A stretch of 64,000 nucleotides of DNA. Source: Escherichia coli (lineage in GTDB: Bacteria; Pseudomonadota; Gammaproteobacteria; Enterobacterales; Enterobacteriaceae). This document shows positions 21,342 through 30,004 of this stretch, in pieces; position 1 is the stretch's first letter, and every line of letters starts with the position of its first letter. A model generated the notes under the pieces. The model was not told the origin of the DNA, ran no database searches, and saw only the letters and a list, made by a program, of their open reading frames with translations. The stretch is taken from NCBI RefSeq assembly GCF_011045215.1, contig NZ_CP049201.1; one strand, written 5' to 3'. The translations under genes and the position numbers were made by a program.

Positions 21342-22349
21342 ATGTCTTATGTAACACCAGATTATTTAACGCAGTATCACGAAAACCTGATTAAGTCTTT
21401 TAATATTAAATATAAAAACGAAGATACGGGGTATTTCACCATATCACAGCCGGAAAAAGCATCTCCGGATGCATGGGGATGTTCCACGCTTGATGTTAAA
21501 GGCTCGTCCTGGCTGATTGATAATATTTCATTACTGGACATTATCGGTGCGGATGGCACGACGATCACCATCGGTGATGGTTCCCTTTATACAGGCCGTG
21601 CAAAGGAAGGTCGCTTTCATAAGAAACTAAAAACCAACGGAACACCTTTTTTATTATCAGAAACGGATTCCTGCGCCTCATTGACTTATGAAGAAATGGC
21701 GGTAATGGCAAACGCGAAAAATTTCAGTAATGAAATGATCATTTTTTTCAAGAAGGCCGTGGTGCGGGATATGCTCCGTATTGGATTTAACGGCAAGATG
21801 ATTGCCGAAAATACCAACCCGGAACAATATAAAAACGGCGAAGATATCAATATTGGCTGGCACTCGCTGGCAAAAACATTCAATAACGGTTCACAAATTA
21901 TTTCTGATGCTTTCGCACTGGGGAAAGGCGGTGATTTTGCCGATGTTCACGATCTGGCTGATTGCCTCATCACGTCAAAAATCCCCGAAGGTCAGCGCGA
22001 AGATCCGGGCCTTGTGGTGATGGTTGGCGCGCAACTTGCCGCCCGCGAACGACTGAAACTGTTCAACATGGCCGATCAACCACTGACGCTGACGGCGGGG
22101 GATATGCTGACAAGCAGTGTCGCCGGTCGCTTTGCTTTTATCCCGCCGTTTATGCCGGGTAAGCGCCTGGCTGTTACGACGCTGAAAAATTTGCAGATCC
22201 TGACGCTGAAACACAGCCAACGCTACCGCGCGGAGGATATCCCGCAACGAGGTGTTTATGAGCATGGCTATTTACGTGAGGAAGGTTACGCGCTGGGGGA
22301 TGGCTATCTTTACGCGGCCAGCGATGAGAACGCCGTAACGCTGGTTTAA
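21342..22349 (+). CDS. P2 GpN-family major capsid protein homologue
   Basis: Segment LGKGGDFADVHDLADCLITSKIPEGQREDPGLVVMVGAQLAA parallels P2 gpN VGKGGDYASLDALVMDATNNLIEPWYQEDPDLVVIVGRQLLA (recalled from memory); FNGKM... also parallels gpN FNGVK... Confidence 0.6.
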   Translation: MSYVTPDYLTQYHENLIKSFNIKYKNEDTGYFTISQPEKASPDAWGCSTLDVKGSSWLIDNISLLDIIGADGTTITIGDGSLYTGRAKEGRFHKKLKTNGTPFLLSETDSCASLTYEEMAVMANAKNFSNEMIIFFKKAVVRDMLRIGFNGKMIAENTNPEQYKNGEDINIGWHSLAKTFNNGSQIISDAFALGKGGDFADVHDLADCLITSKIPEGQREDPGLVVMVGAQLAARERLKLFNMADQPLTLTAGDMLTSSVAGRFAFIPPFMPGKRLAVTTLKNLQILTLKHSQRYRAEDIPQRGVYEHGYLREEGYALGDGYLYAASDENAVTLV

Positions 22350-22561
22350 GTATCGAGTACAGCCAGCTTTGACAGTGATGGCCAGATAAAAGAAAACCCT
22401 CTCACCGGAACGAACAAGAAACGATAAGAGGGTTTATCAGGAAGATGATTCTACGTGATGAATTATACCGAGAAACAACCGATGCTTACCAGCAAAAACG
22501 CGTCACTGTTTGTGCAGCTGGCACCGTCCGATCTGACGGTGTTTTCCGGAATGGTAAGGAG

Positions 22562-22753
22562 CTATTCCTTTGCCTTTTTGCGCTGTTCTGCTTTCAGCTT
22601 GCGCCCGCAGGCATCCAGCACCCAAGCGGAAAAACTTGAACCCGGATTATCGACTTTTTCGCGTTCTACGCAGGCATCAATTTCTGCGATCATTTCATGC
22701 GGGAAGCGTATTCCCTTGTATGTTGTTTTGCTGTTTATGTGGTTTTTAGTCAT
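22562..22753 (-). CDS. putative small DNA-binding regulator (ribbon-helix-helix-like), about 63 aa
   Basis: MTKNHINSKTTYKGIRFPHEMIAEIDACVEREKV... has RHH-like strand-helix character; divergent from the downstream operon with operators between; start codon uncertain (M15/M24/M33 of the track ORF). Confidence 0.45.
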   Translation of the reverse strand: MTKNHINSKTTYKGIRFPHEMIAEIDACVEREKVDNPGSSFSAWVLDACGRKLKAEQRKKAKE

Positions 22754-22769
22754 GCTGGAAACTCTTAAG

Positions 22770-22870
22770 TGTTTAAACATCAGTAAAGATACAGTAAAGC
22801 CGGACATAACAAAACTGTTTAAACAAAATCTGTTGACTTGTTTAAACACTCAGCATAATGTGTTTAAACA
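22770..22870. promoter_or_regulatory. operator array: four copies of the palindrome TGTTTAAACA within divergent promoters
   Basis: Exact copies at 22770-22779, 22816-22825, 22839-22848 and 22861-22870; TTGACT (22833-22838) and CATAAT (22854-22859) hexamers interleave with the right-hand pair. Confidence 0.6.
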
Positions 22871-22960
22871 GTTTGCTACGTTGCAAACTGAAAAAACGAA
22901 GCCCGGCAGTGTTGACGCACTAACCGGGCCTCTGACCAACACGTTATTAGGAGTAACGCT

Positions 22961-23164
22961 ATGGCTAGCCATCAGTGTAACCAAACTCGCCCTAAAAATC
23001 GCCTATTTCTCTTTCTCGCGGTATCACGGGCCGACATGCAGGACAAACCACACCGCGAACAAATCACCGCGTACAGCGAACAGGAAGCCCGTTCCATGCT
23101 GGCCGGTCGCTTTATCCTCTGCTTTGCTGGCCGTCTGCCGGTTCAGGAGGTGCACCATGTTTAA
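22961..23164 (+). CDS. hypothetical protein (67 aa), first gene of the coupled operon
   Basis: AGGAG 7-8 nt upstream of the ATG; stop overlaps the next start (ATGTTTAA). Confidence 0.4.
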   Translation: MASHQCNQTRPKNRLFLFLAVSRADMQDKPHREQITAYSEQEARSMLAGRFILCFAGRLPVQEVHHV

Positions 23165-23405
23165 CCCACTGGACAACCGCAAAGCGGCGGCGCTTAACCC
23201 GTTCCACGATGACTGTTACGATCCGCCAGCCTTTATTAAACCGGGTTCAAAAGTAGTGGTTGAAATTGATTCCCGGGAAATGGAGGTCGCTATTCTAGCC
23301 GCTTATGACTACGGACTGGACGCGCTGAACGACGATGGCCGGGAAGAGCTTAACCGCTTAATTGCTGACCTGAAAGACAAGATAACGGAGGCGCGGTATG
23401 CATAA
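23158..23405 (+). CDS. hypothetical protein (82 aa)
   Basis: Strong SD (caGGAGGtg) before the ATG at 23158; acidic protein; the rest of track ORF 22455-23405 is rejected. Confidence 0.55.
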
Positions 23406-23823
23406 TCTGCTTAATTCACCGTTGCCAGTGTCTATGGATCTCTTTCAGGCTGGCGAGATGTGCGGGCATTTTGTCGCGCGGTTAACGGATGAAAGTTGTG
23501 TTGACGAGACTGAACGCGTCGCACTTTGCGGACGTCTGGCTTTTGCCCTGCGTTCTCTTTCATCTCTTTGTGATACAGACTATCCATCGCATATCCAGGC
23601 GCAATTAACCGCGACTGCTATTCCTGCTCCCTGCGTACCTGATGAGTGGATCGACGCGACGATCATGACGGGCTATTGCACCGCCTTAAATGATGCGCTG
23701 CTTAGTCGCTCCCTTCGTATGGACGTTGAAACACAATTACGCTGGCTTTTGCATGACATGATTAATTTACTTGTCAGATATCTGAAACAGCCTTGTATTA
23801 AGGCGGGAGTAGATCATGTCTGA
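23398..23823 (+). CDS. hypothetical protein (141 aa)
   Basis: Start overlaps the previous stop by 8 nt; Cys-containing; no known motif. Confidence 0.55.
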   Translation: MHNLLNSPLPVSMDLFQAGEMCGHFVARLTDESCVDETERVALCGRLAFALRSLSSLCDTDYPSHIQAQLTATAIPAPCVPDEWIDATIMTGYCTALNDALLSRSLRMDVETQLRWLLHDMINLLVRYLKQPCIKAGVDHV

Positions 23824-24214
23824 AATTATGCTCACACCGTTTCACGTTGACCGCCATTTTTACGATCTGGTTTACGGTGCTTCATTTTTTGCGGATGCAT
23901 TACCTGCAATGAATGATATCAAGCAGCAGCGGCTTTATTGTCGATTATTGCAATTAAATCTGGTTGTTTTATTTGAAAAACGGTCGCGGGATATTCCCCC
24001 AATTCAGTCGAGTAAAATAAAAATCGCTGATGAGGTTATATTTCTTAATGTCGATAATATTTATCATGCGCTTTCCCTGACTGCCGGGCTGATAAGTCAG
24101 GATATCAGTAAGGGGATGGAAAAAGAACTGGCTGAATATATCAGGGATATTATTAGTATTATTTTTAATGAAATGCGAATGCAGATGGTTGATTATGATC
24201 CATATGAAATGTGA
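23816..24214 (+). CDS. hypothetical protein (132 aa), AT-rich gene
   Basis: Start overlaps the previous stop by 8 nt; composition shifts to AT-rich. Confidence 0.5.
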   Translation: MSEIMLTPFHVDRHFYDLVYGASFFADALPAMNDIKQQRLYCRLLQLNLVVLFEKRSRDIPPIQSSKIKIADEVIFLNVDNIYHALSLTAGLISQDISKGMEKELAEYIRDIISIIFNEMRMQMVDYDPYEM

Positions 24215-24310
24215 GACGAATAAAACAATAATCGATTTATAAGAACTGAAAAATATTTAATTATAACCGTATTTTAACGGGGGATAATTACGCCCCTGTA
24301 AGGAAAATAT

Positions 24311-24580
24311 ATGTCTGATTTGAATACCATTGCTGTTAATAGTGCTGAAAAATATCTTAGCCTTGAGTGCTTCCATAAACTCAACCGCGCAAGGAATGTT
24401 TCATTCCAGATGCATTTACAGATCCGTCAGTGTGAGATAAACGGCCTGCCACTTTTATGGATTCCAGATATTTTCAGCTATATCAGCGAAGACATATCCG
24501 CCGTTCTGGAAGAAGCCAAAGTACTTGGCCTTTGCGATAAGTTCACAGGCGAAGCCCGGATCGGTCAGGTCAGTCTTTAA
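24311..24580 (+). CDS. hypothetical protein (89 aa)
   Basis: Same strand, between the coupled operon and the primase gene. Confidence 0.45.
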   Translation: MSDLNTIAVNSAEKYLSLECFHKLNRARNVSFQMHLQIRQCEINGLPLLWIPDIFSYISEDISAVLEEAKVLGLCDKFTGEARIGQVSL

Positions 24581-24643
24581 TTTTTTGTATTCCGCGCCGC
24601 CCGCTGCGGCGCATTGTCTTACCCATTAATAAAGGTCATACCG

Positions 24644-27376
24644 ATGCAAGGTAAAAAAGTTTCACAGACAGCAGGACGCGCGGCGGGCCAGTGGGAAAAT
24701 ATTCTTGAACACCTGGGGATTACTGTTCCTGCGGGTGGTCTTCATGGCCCCTGCCCGATCTGCGGCGGTAAAGATCGTTTTCGCTTTGATAATAAAAAAG
24801 GGCGTGGAACCTGGTTCTGCAACCAGTGCGGCCACGGTGACGGGCTGGATCTGGTCAAACTGGCGCTTTCGCTGGACACCGGGCCAGCCGCTGATCGAGT
24901 TGCTGAATTACTTCCGGCCCTTCCTCCGCCTGCGGTCATGCAGCCTGCCAGAAAAGAAGCCAGTGACGAAGGTCGCCCACATGACTACTGGCAACGCCTC
25001 TTTGCCCGTACTCAGCCGGGGGAAAGCCCTTACCTTACGGCGCGGGGGCTGACAGGTTTTGAACTGCCGCTGACCGTTCAGGAGATGAAAACCGCTGGCG
25101 GTGTTTTTCCGGCTGGTTCGCTTTTATTACCGATCACGGACACCGAAGGACGGATGACCGGTGCACAGCTTATCGGCCCGGACAAGGTAAAAGGCTTATG
25201 TGCTGGCACCAGGAAAAAAGGGCGTTTTATCTCTGTCGGGCCGTTCCCGGAGAAAATGCCCGCGCGGATCATTATCTCGGAAGGCTTTGCCACTGCGTTA
25301 AGCGCATCCCTGCTTTCAGAGGGCTGGAGTATTGCGGCGCTGGATAAAGGCAACCTGAAAGACGTTGCGGAGCAAATCCGCCAGAAATGGCCGGACGTGC
25401 AGATCGTTATTGCCGGTGATAATGACTTTTCTGACGGTAAACCCAATCAGGGGAAAGAGTCTGCGATCAAAGCTGCACTGGCCGTTAAGGGATGGATGAC
25501 CATTCCTCCCGGACGGATCAAAGTTGACTGGGATGATTACCGCCGTGAATTTGGCCTCCAGCGCGCCCGTGACGCATTCGCGGAAGAACTGCTTAACCCG
25601 GCAGACACCGAAACGCGTTTACCGCATGGTTTCCGCCTGACGAAGGATTATCTTTGGTTTGATCGCCCGCTCAGTGACGGTAGCGAAAGCGGCCAGACTC
25701 GCCAGGTGAAGATATGTAGCCCGCTCAAAGTGACGGCCATCACCAGCGACGGCGAAGGCGGTAAATTCGGGCGTCTGCTTGAGTGGGAAGACTCCAGCGG
25801 ATTACGGCATGAATGGGCGATGCCAATGACAGTGCTTGCCGGAAGCGGTCAGGAGCTGCGGGAGGTTCTGCTTGATAACGGAATGCACTTTATCAGCGTG
25901 AACGGCGCGGCGCGTAGCTATCTGATGGAATACATTTCTAACTGTCGCCCGGTTCGCCGCGTCACCTGCGTTGAAAAAACAGGCTGGTTTAGCGGTGCGT
26001 ATGTTCTCCAGGATGAGGTGATCGGCAGCGATGCCGGATCGGTCATCCTCCAGTCTGCTATGTCGTCTAAAAATGACTTCCGGGTGAGCGGAACGGTGGC
26101 GGAATGGGCGCAACACGTCGGGCGCTATTGTGCCGGAAATTCCCGCCTGGTGTTCTGCGTCAGTCTGGCGCTGGCCGCGCCGTTACTGAATATTATTGGT
26201 GTTGGCGGCGGCGGTTATCACCTTAAGGGCGAATCCACGGACGGCAAGACAACCACAATGAAGGTAGCGGCGTCTGTCTGCGGCGGGCCTGATTTCTGGA
26301 AAACGTGGCGGGCAACCGGAAACGCGCTGGAAGGTATTGCGCTACGCCGTAATGATGCCGCCCTGATGCTGGATGAAATCAGCGAAGTTGACGGCAGAGA
26401 GGCTAGCCGGATCGCCTATATGCTGGGGAACGGGCAGGGCAAAGCAAGGGGGCGCGTTGATGGCAGCGTCCGCGATCCGGTGACCTGGACATTGCTTTAC
26501 CTGTCCACCGGGGAAATCTCTATTGCGGAACATGCCGCCGAAGCCGGAGAAAAGCGAACCGGCGCGGGTGTCGGTGTGCGTATGGTGCAAATCCCCAGCG
26601 ATACCGGAAAACATGGCGCTTTCGAAAATCTCCACGGCATGGAAGGCGGTAAAGCGTTTGCGGAATACCTTGAACAGACCTGTAAACAATATTACGGCGC
26701 GCCGTTCCGCGAATGGTTGCGCTGGCTGGCGGCAAATCTGACGGAAACCGCGAACCGGGCGCGGGCAATGAAAAAAGAGTATGAACGGACATTATTACCC
26801 GAAGATTCCGGCAAGCAGGTTGGGCGCATTGTGGATCGCTTTGCACTGTTGGCCGTTGCGGGGGAACTGGCGAGTGAAGCGGGGATCACAGGCTGGCAAC
26901 CAGGAGAAGCGTATAACGCTGCAAGAAGCTGTCTGGCGGCATGGCTTAACGATCGTGGACATGCGGCCAACCAGGAAGAAGCCGACGCGCTGGAGAAGGT
27001 GCGGCGCTTTATTACGGCCAATCAGTACACACGCTTTGCTGACTGGTATGACGAGAAAAACCGCCCGTCAAATATGGTTGGCTTTCGCCGGGTGGAGAAA
27101 GGCGGGAACGGTATTGGCATGAGCAAAAAGGAGAACAGCGGCGATACTGTTAAAGACGGGGACGCCACTAAAGAGCCGGAAACCACATTTTATATCCTGC
27201 CCAGCGGATGGAAGGAAATTTGCGGGACGTCGGACAGCGTTAAAACGGCGAGACTATGCGACGAGGCTGGATGGCTTGTAAAGGATGAAGATCGCCAGCG
27301 CCTACAACGTACAGTAAGACTACCGGAAATTGGCTTAAAGAAAGTGTATGTGTTCAGCGGCGAAGTGATCGGATAA
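24644..27376 (+). CDS. P4 alpha-type DNA primase/helicase (zinc-binding, Toprim and P-loop helicase domains)
   Basis: CPICGGKDRFRF...WFCNQCGHGDG zinc motif; Toprim-like IISEGFATALSA...IAGDNDF; Walker-type region further downstream; true start ATG 24644 (the track ORF begins at a TTG). Confidence 0.9.
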   Translation: MQGKKVSQTAGRAAGQWENILEHLGITVPAGGLHGPCPICGGKDRFRFDNKKGRGTWFCNQCGHGDGLDLVKLALSLDTGPAADRVAELLPALPPPAVMQPARKEASDEGRPHDYWQRLFARTQPGESPYLTARGLTGFELPLTVQEMKTAGGVFPAGSLLLPITDTEGRMTGAQLIGPDKVKGLCAGTRKKGRFISVGPFPEKMPARIIISEGFATALSASLLSEGWSIAALDKGNLKDVAEQIRQKWPDVQIVIAGDNDFSDGKPNQGKESAIKAALAVKGWMTIPPGRIKVDWDDYRREFGLQRARDAFAEELLNPADTETRLPHGFRLTKDYLWFDRPLSDGSESGQTRQVKICSPLKVTAITSDGEGGKFGRLLEWEDSSGLRHEWAMPMTVLAGSGQELREVLLDNGMHFISVNGAARSYLMEYISNCRPVRRVTCVEKTGWFSGAYVLQDEVIGSDAGSVILQSAMSSKNDFRVSGTVAEWAQHVGRYCAGNSRLVFCVSLALAAPLLNIIGVGGGGYHLKGESTDGKTTTMKVAASVCGGPDFWKTWRATGNALEGIALRRNDAALMLDEISEVDGREASRIAYMLGNGQGKARGRVDGSVRDPVTWTLLYLSTGEISIAEHAAEAGEKRTGAGVGVRMVQIPSDTGKHGAFENLHGMEGGKAFAEYLEQTCKQYYGAPFREWLRWLAANLTETANRARAMKKEYERTLLPEDSGKQVGRIVDRFALLAVAGELASEAGITGWQPGEAYNAARSCLAAWLNDRGHAANQEEADALEKVRRFITANQYTRFADWYDEKNRPSNMVGFRRVEKGGNGIGMSKKENSGDTVKDGDATKEPETTFYILPSGWKEICGTSDSVKTARLCDEAGWLVKDEDRQRLQRTVRLPEIGLKKVYVFSGEVIG

Positions 27377-27419
27377 GACCTGCTGACACCGCTATAACTA
27401 ACGGTGTTGGCCAGCTTCC

Positions 27420-27700
27420 GGCCCTGGAAACATAGCCAGCCAGGAAGAAGTGATCGCACGTATCATATTTTTTAGTGGAAACAGTGGGAACATAGGGAAC
27501 AGACTTGATTTATAAAGGTTTTATTTGTTCCCAATTACTGTTCCCATATGGTAACAGGTGGTAATGTATTTTAAATCATATGGTTATGTTGATATGCAAA
27601 GCGTTGTTCCCAGTTGTAAAAGAGAGATGGGAACAGGAAAAAGGTATAAATATCAACACTGTTACCATTGTTCCCACTGTTTCCACCATTTTTGACAATA
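27420..27700. repeat. iteron cluster (GGGAACA / TGTTCCC heptamers), putative replication origin or cis replication region
   Basis: At least 7 exact copies in both orientations plus variants (GGAAACA, TGTTACC, TGTTTCC) within about 280 bp directly after the primase gene; resembles P4 ori/crr TGTTCACC iterons. Confidence 0.55.
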
Positions 27701-27724
27701 ACAATATTTAATTTCGGGGAAAAT

Positions 27725-27741
27725 GCTTTTCCCTGGCTGGC
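27725..27741. repeat. 17-bp direct repeat, left copy (GCTTTTCCCTGGCTGGC)
   Basis: Exact copy of 30005-30021; lies 20 bp upstream of the P2-like integrase start. Confidence 0.5.
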
Positions 27742-27760
27742 TAACATCAAAGGTAAAGAA

Positions 27761-28726
27761 ATGAGCATTAAGAAACGTCCTGATGGAAAATGGCTGGTAG
27801 ATATGCGGCCCGCAGGTCGTAAAGGAAAACGTATTCGCAGGGTTTTTAACAGGAAATCGGAGGCCCTGGCATTTGAGATGTATTACCTGGTCCGTTCTCA
27901 ATCGCCGGAATGGGCAACGAACTTCACAGACCGCAGATTATTAAGCGATTTGCGTAAAACATGGTGGGACCTGTTTGGACACGCCAGAAATAACGCAGAA
28001 ACTGAAAAGCGCCAGCTTGATAAAACCATCCGGCAGATGGGAGATCCACCAGTTAACCGGCTTACAATCCGCTTCATTCTGGAATTCAGAGCAGGCCGTG
28101 TTTCAGGGAAATTAAAGGCATCCACGATAAATCGCGATATGTACCGGTTATCAGGCATGTTTACCGAATTAATTAAAGCAGGTGAGTGTAAAAATAATCC
28201 GTTCCGTAGTCTTGAACCGTTAAAGGAAGAACCTTCCGCAGTAACGTTTCTGACCCACGAAGAAATTAGCATGTTACTGGAAAAACTGGAGGGAGATTCG
28301 CGTAAGCTGGCGTTACTGTGTCTTAATACTGGGGCGCGTTTCAGTGAAGCCGCGAATCTAACGGCTGAAATGGTTAACAACCGTCGTGTAACGTTTATTA
28401 AGACAAAGAACGGGAAGCAGCGGACAATACCCATTTCATCTGAACTCGAAAAGGAAATAAAAACAAAAAATTCAGGTCAACTTTTCACGGTGGATTATAA
28501 ATGGTTTTCCCGCAGGTTGAAGGCAATCAAACCGGATTTACCGGATGGACAGGCAACGCATGTATTACGACATACTTTCGCCAGTCATTTCATTATGAAT
28601 GGGGGAAATATTGTTGTATTAAAAGAGATTCTTGGACATGCCAATATTCAGCAAACTATGATTTATGCACACTTTGCGCCTGAATTTCTGGCGCAGGCTG
28701 TAACATTGAATCCATTTAGTAAGTAA
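27761..28726 (+). CDS. P2-like tyrosine integrase
   Basis: MSIKKRPDGKWLVDMRPAGRKGKRIRRVFNRKSEALAFE... parallels P2 Int MAIKKLDDGRYEVDIRPTGRNGKRIRRKFDKKSEAVAFE (from memory); C-terminal HxLRHTFASHF...Y region present. Confidence 0.85.
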   Translation: MSIKKRPDGKWLVDMRPAGRKGKRIRRVFNRKSEALAFEMYYLVRSQSPEWATNFTDRRLLSDLRKTWWDLFGHARNNAETEKRQLDKTIRQMGDPPVNRLTIRFILEFRAGRVSGKLKASTINRDMYRLSGMFTELIKAGECKNNPFRSLEPLKEEPSAVTFLTHEEISMLLEKLEGDSRKLALLCLNTGARFSEAANLTAEMVNNRRVTFIKTKNGKQRTIPISSELEKEIKTKNSGQLFTVDYKWFSRRLKAIKPDLPDGQATHVLRHTFASHFIMNGGNIVVLKEILGHANIQQTMIYAHFAPEFLAQAVTLNPFSK

Positions 28727-28754
28727 CTGCGGATTTTCTTTTGAATGTACAAAA

Positions 28755-29012
28755 CTAACGTTGAAGTAATTCTTTCATGACCGTTTTTTGTTCCGGCGTC
28801 ATCATGTCAATCATTGTTTTTACTGCTTTATCCCCAGTCAGAGCGCTGGGGCTTAGCGTATGGGAGAACGTCATATTCATAACGAAGGTATGCCCACATT
28901 CAACATTATTACAGGCACAATACATATCAGACAGGTGGGGATGCTTGCGCACTGTCTTTTTTGTTGTTGAATTACTTCCACACTCAGGACAAACAATTTT
29001 ATGGCTGCGCAT
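28755..29012 (-). CDS. Ogr/Delta-family zinc-finger transcriptional activator
   Basis: CPECGSNSTTKKTVRKHPHLSDMYCACNNVECGHTF: a CxxC...CxxxxC zinc finger typical of P2 Ogr / P4 Delta; convergent with the integrase, 28 bp apart. Confidence 0.8.
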   Translation of the reverse strand: MRSHKIVCPECGSNSTTKKTVRKHPHLSDMYCACNNVECGHTFVMNMTFSHTLSPSALTGDKAVKTMIDMMTPEQKTVMKELLQR

Positions 29013-29430
29013 AATAATCACCACTCGTAAAAGGCGCATTATTATACCACTATTTGCATTAAACAAAAAAAAGAAATTGATATAAATTATCAATAATATC
29101 ATCGTGTTATGTCATTCCATTCTTTCTTTGCTTTTAACTTAGTGTCACGCAATTTGATTTTTTTTGTTTTAATTTTCATATGGTTACGTTATTTTGATTA
29201 AAGATTGAATTTTACGATGACTGTAATTATTGAAATCCTTTTCAACTGATTGCATTTTTTTCAGTCTCAAATTTCATGTAAAACCCCGTTTAACGCCTGT
29301 TCTGGCGCTTCTTTCCTGCAATTTTCCAAACTGAAAAAATTCTCACTACGTAAACACCGTGGGCGTGCGGGTGAGCGCGGTTTTGGTCCCGCTGGCGTTT
29401 GCGTCGTAACAAGTCAGAAACATACAACCA

Positions 29431-29452
29431 CATGTACAACTAGCTGTACATA
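29431..29452. promoter_or_regulatory. putative YefM-type operator (paired TGTACA hexamers)
   Basis: caTGTACAactagcTGTACAta lies 45 bp upstream of the antitoxin start. Confidence 0.45.
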
Positions 29453-29495
29453 TGCAATACTTACGACGTAATAACTTGGCGGACGGAAAAACACT

Positions 29496-29741
29496 ATGCA
29501 ACACGTAAACTATACCGATGCTCGACAGCATTTAGCTGACCTGATGCAGCAGGCTAATGATGATCGTGCGCCAATCCTGGTTACGCGTAAGGGTGCTAAA
29601 AGCGTAGTAATGATCGATGCGGAAGAGTTCGCATCGATTCAGGAAACGTTACACCTGTTCAGTAACCCGGCGAACGCCGCACACATTGAAGCCAGCCTTG
29701 CATCGCTCGAACGCGGCGATTATGAGGAACTGGACATTTAA
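29496..29741 (+). CDS. type II antitoxin, Phd/YefM family
   Basis: 81 aa; ...RAPILVTRKGAKSVVMIDAEEFASIQETLHLFSNPANAAHI... matches the YefM pattern; 1-nt overlap with the toxin gene. Confidence 0.85.
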   Translation: MQHVNYTDARQHLADLMQQANDDRAPILVTRKGAKSVVMIDAEEFASIQETLHLFSNPANAAHIEASLASLERGDYEELDI

Positions 29742-30001
29742 TGAAAGTCAGGATATCCCCGCAGGCAAAAGGCGATCTTCAGTACTGGGCTGAGAATGAC
29801 CCAAAGACGTATAACAAGGTAATGGAGCTAATCAAATCGGCTAAGGAAAGCCCCTTCAAGGGGATAGGGAAGCCGGAGGCGCTAAAGCATCGTAAGCCGC
29901 TTTGGTCACGTCGAATCACGAAAGAACATCGCCTGGTGTATTACGTTGAGCAAGGCGATCTGTACATTGTTGCGTGTCGCTATCACTACACCACGATTTA
30001 A
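29741..30001 (+). CDS. type II toxin, YoeB/Txe family mRNA interferase
   Basis: 86 aa; ...GIGKPEALKHRKPLWSRRITKEHRLVYYVEQGDLYIVACRYHY is the conserved YoeB C-terminus. Confidence 0.85.
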   Translation: MKVRISPQAKGDLQYWAENDPKTYNKVMELIKSAKESPFKGIGKPEALKHRKPLWSRRITKEHRLVYYVEQGDLYIVACRYHYTTI

Positions 30002-30004
30002 ACA

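Noticed and set aside
22455-23405. 316-aa ORF spanning the operator region
   Set aside because: It runs through the divergent promoter and operator palindromes and antisense to the small regulator gene. Only its last 82 codons (23158-23405), which have their own strong SD, look like a real gene.
24593-24611. GCGCCGC-CCGCT-GCGGCGC hairpin upstream of the primase gene as a terminator
   Set aside because: The T-run precedes rather than follows the stem on the coding strand; more likely a structured leader or coincidental palindrome, so it is not annotated.
27420-27700. Short repeats considered as a possible CRISPR array
   Set aside because: The units are only 7-8 bp, occur in both orientations with irregular spacing and no repeat-spacer periodicity; they fit replication iterons or integrase arm sites instead.
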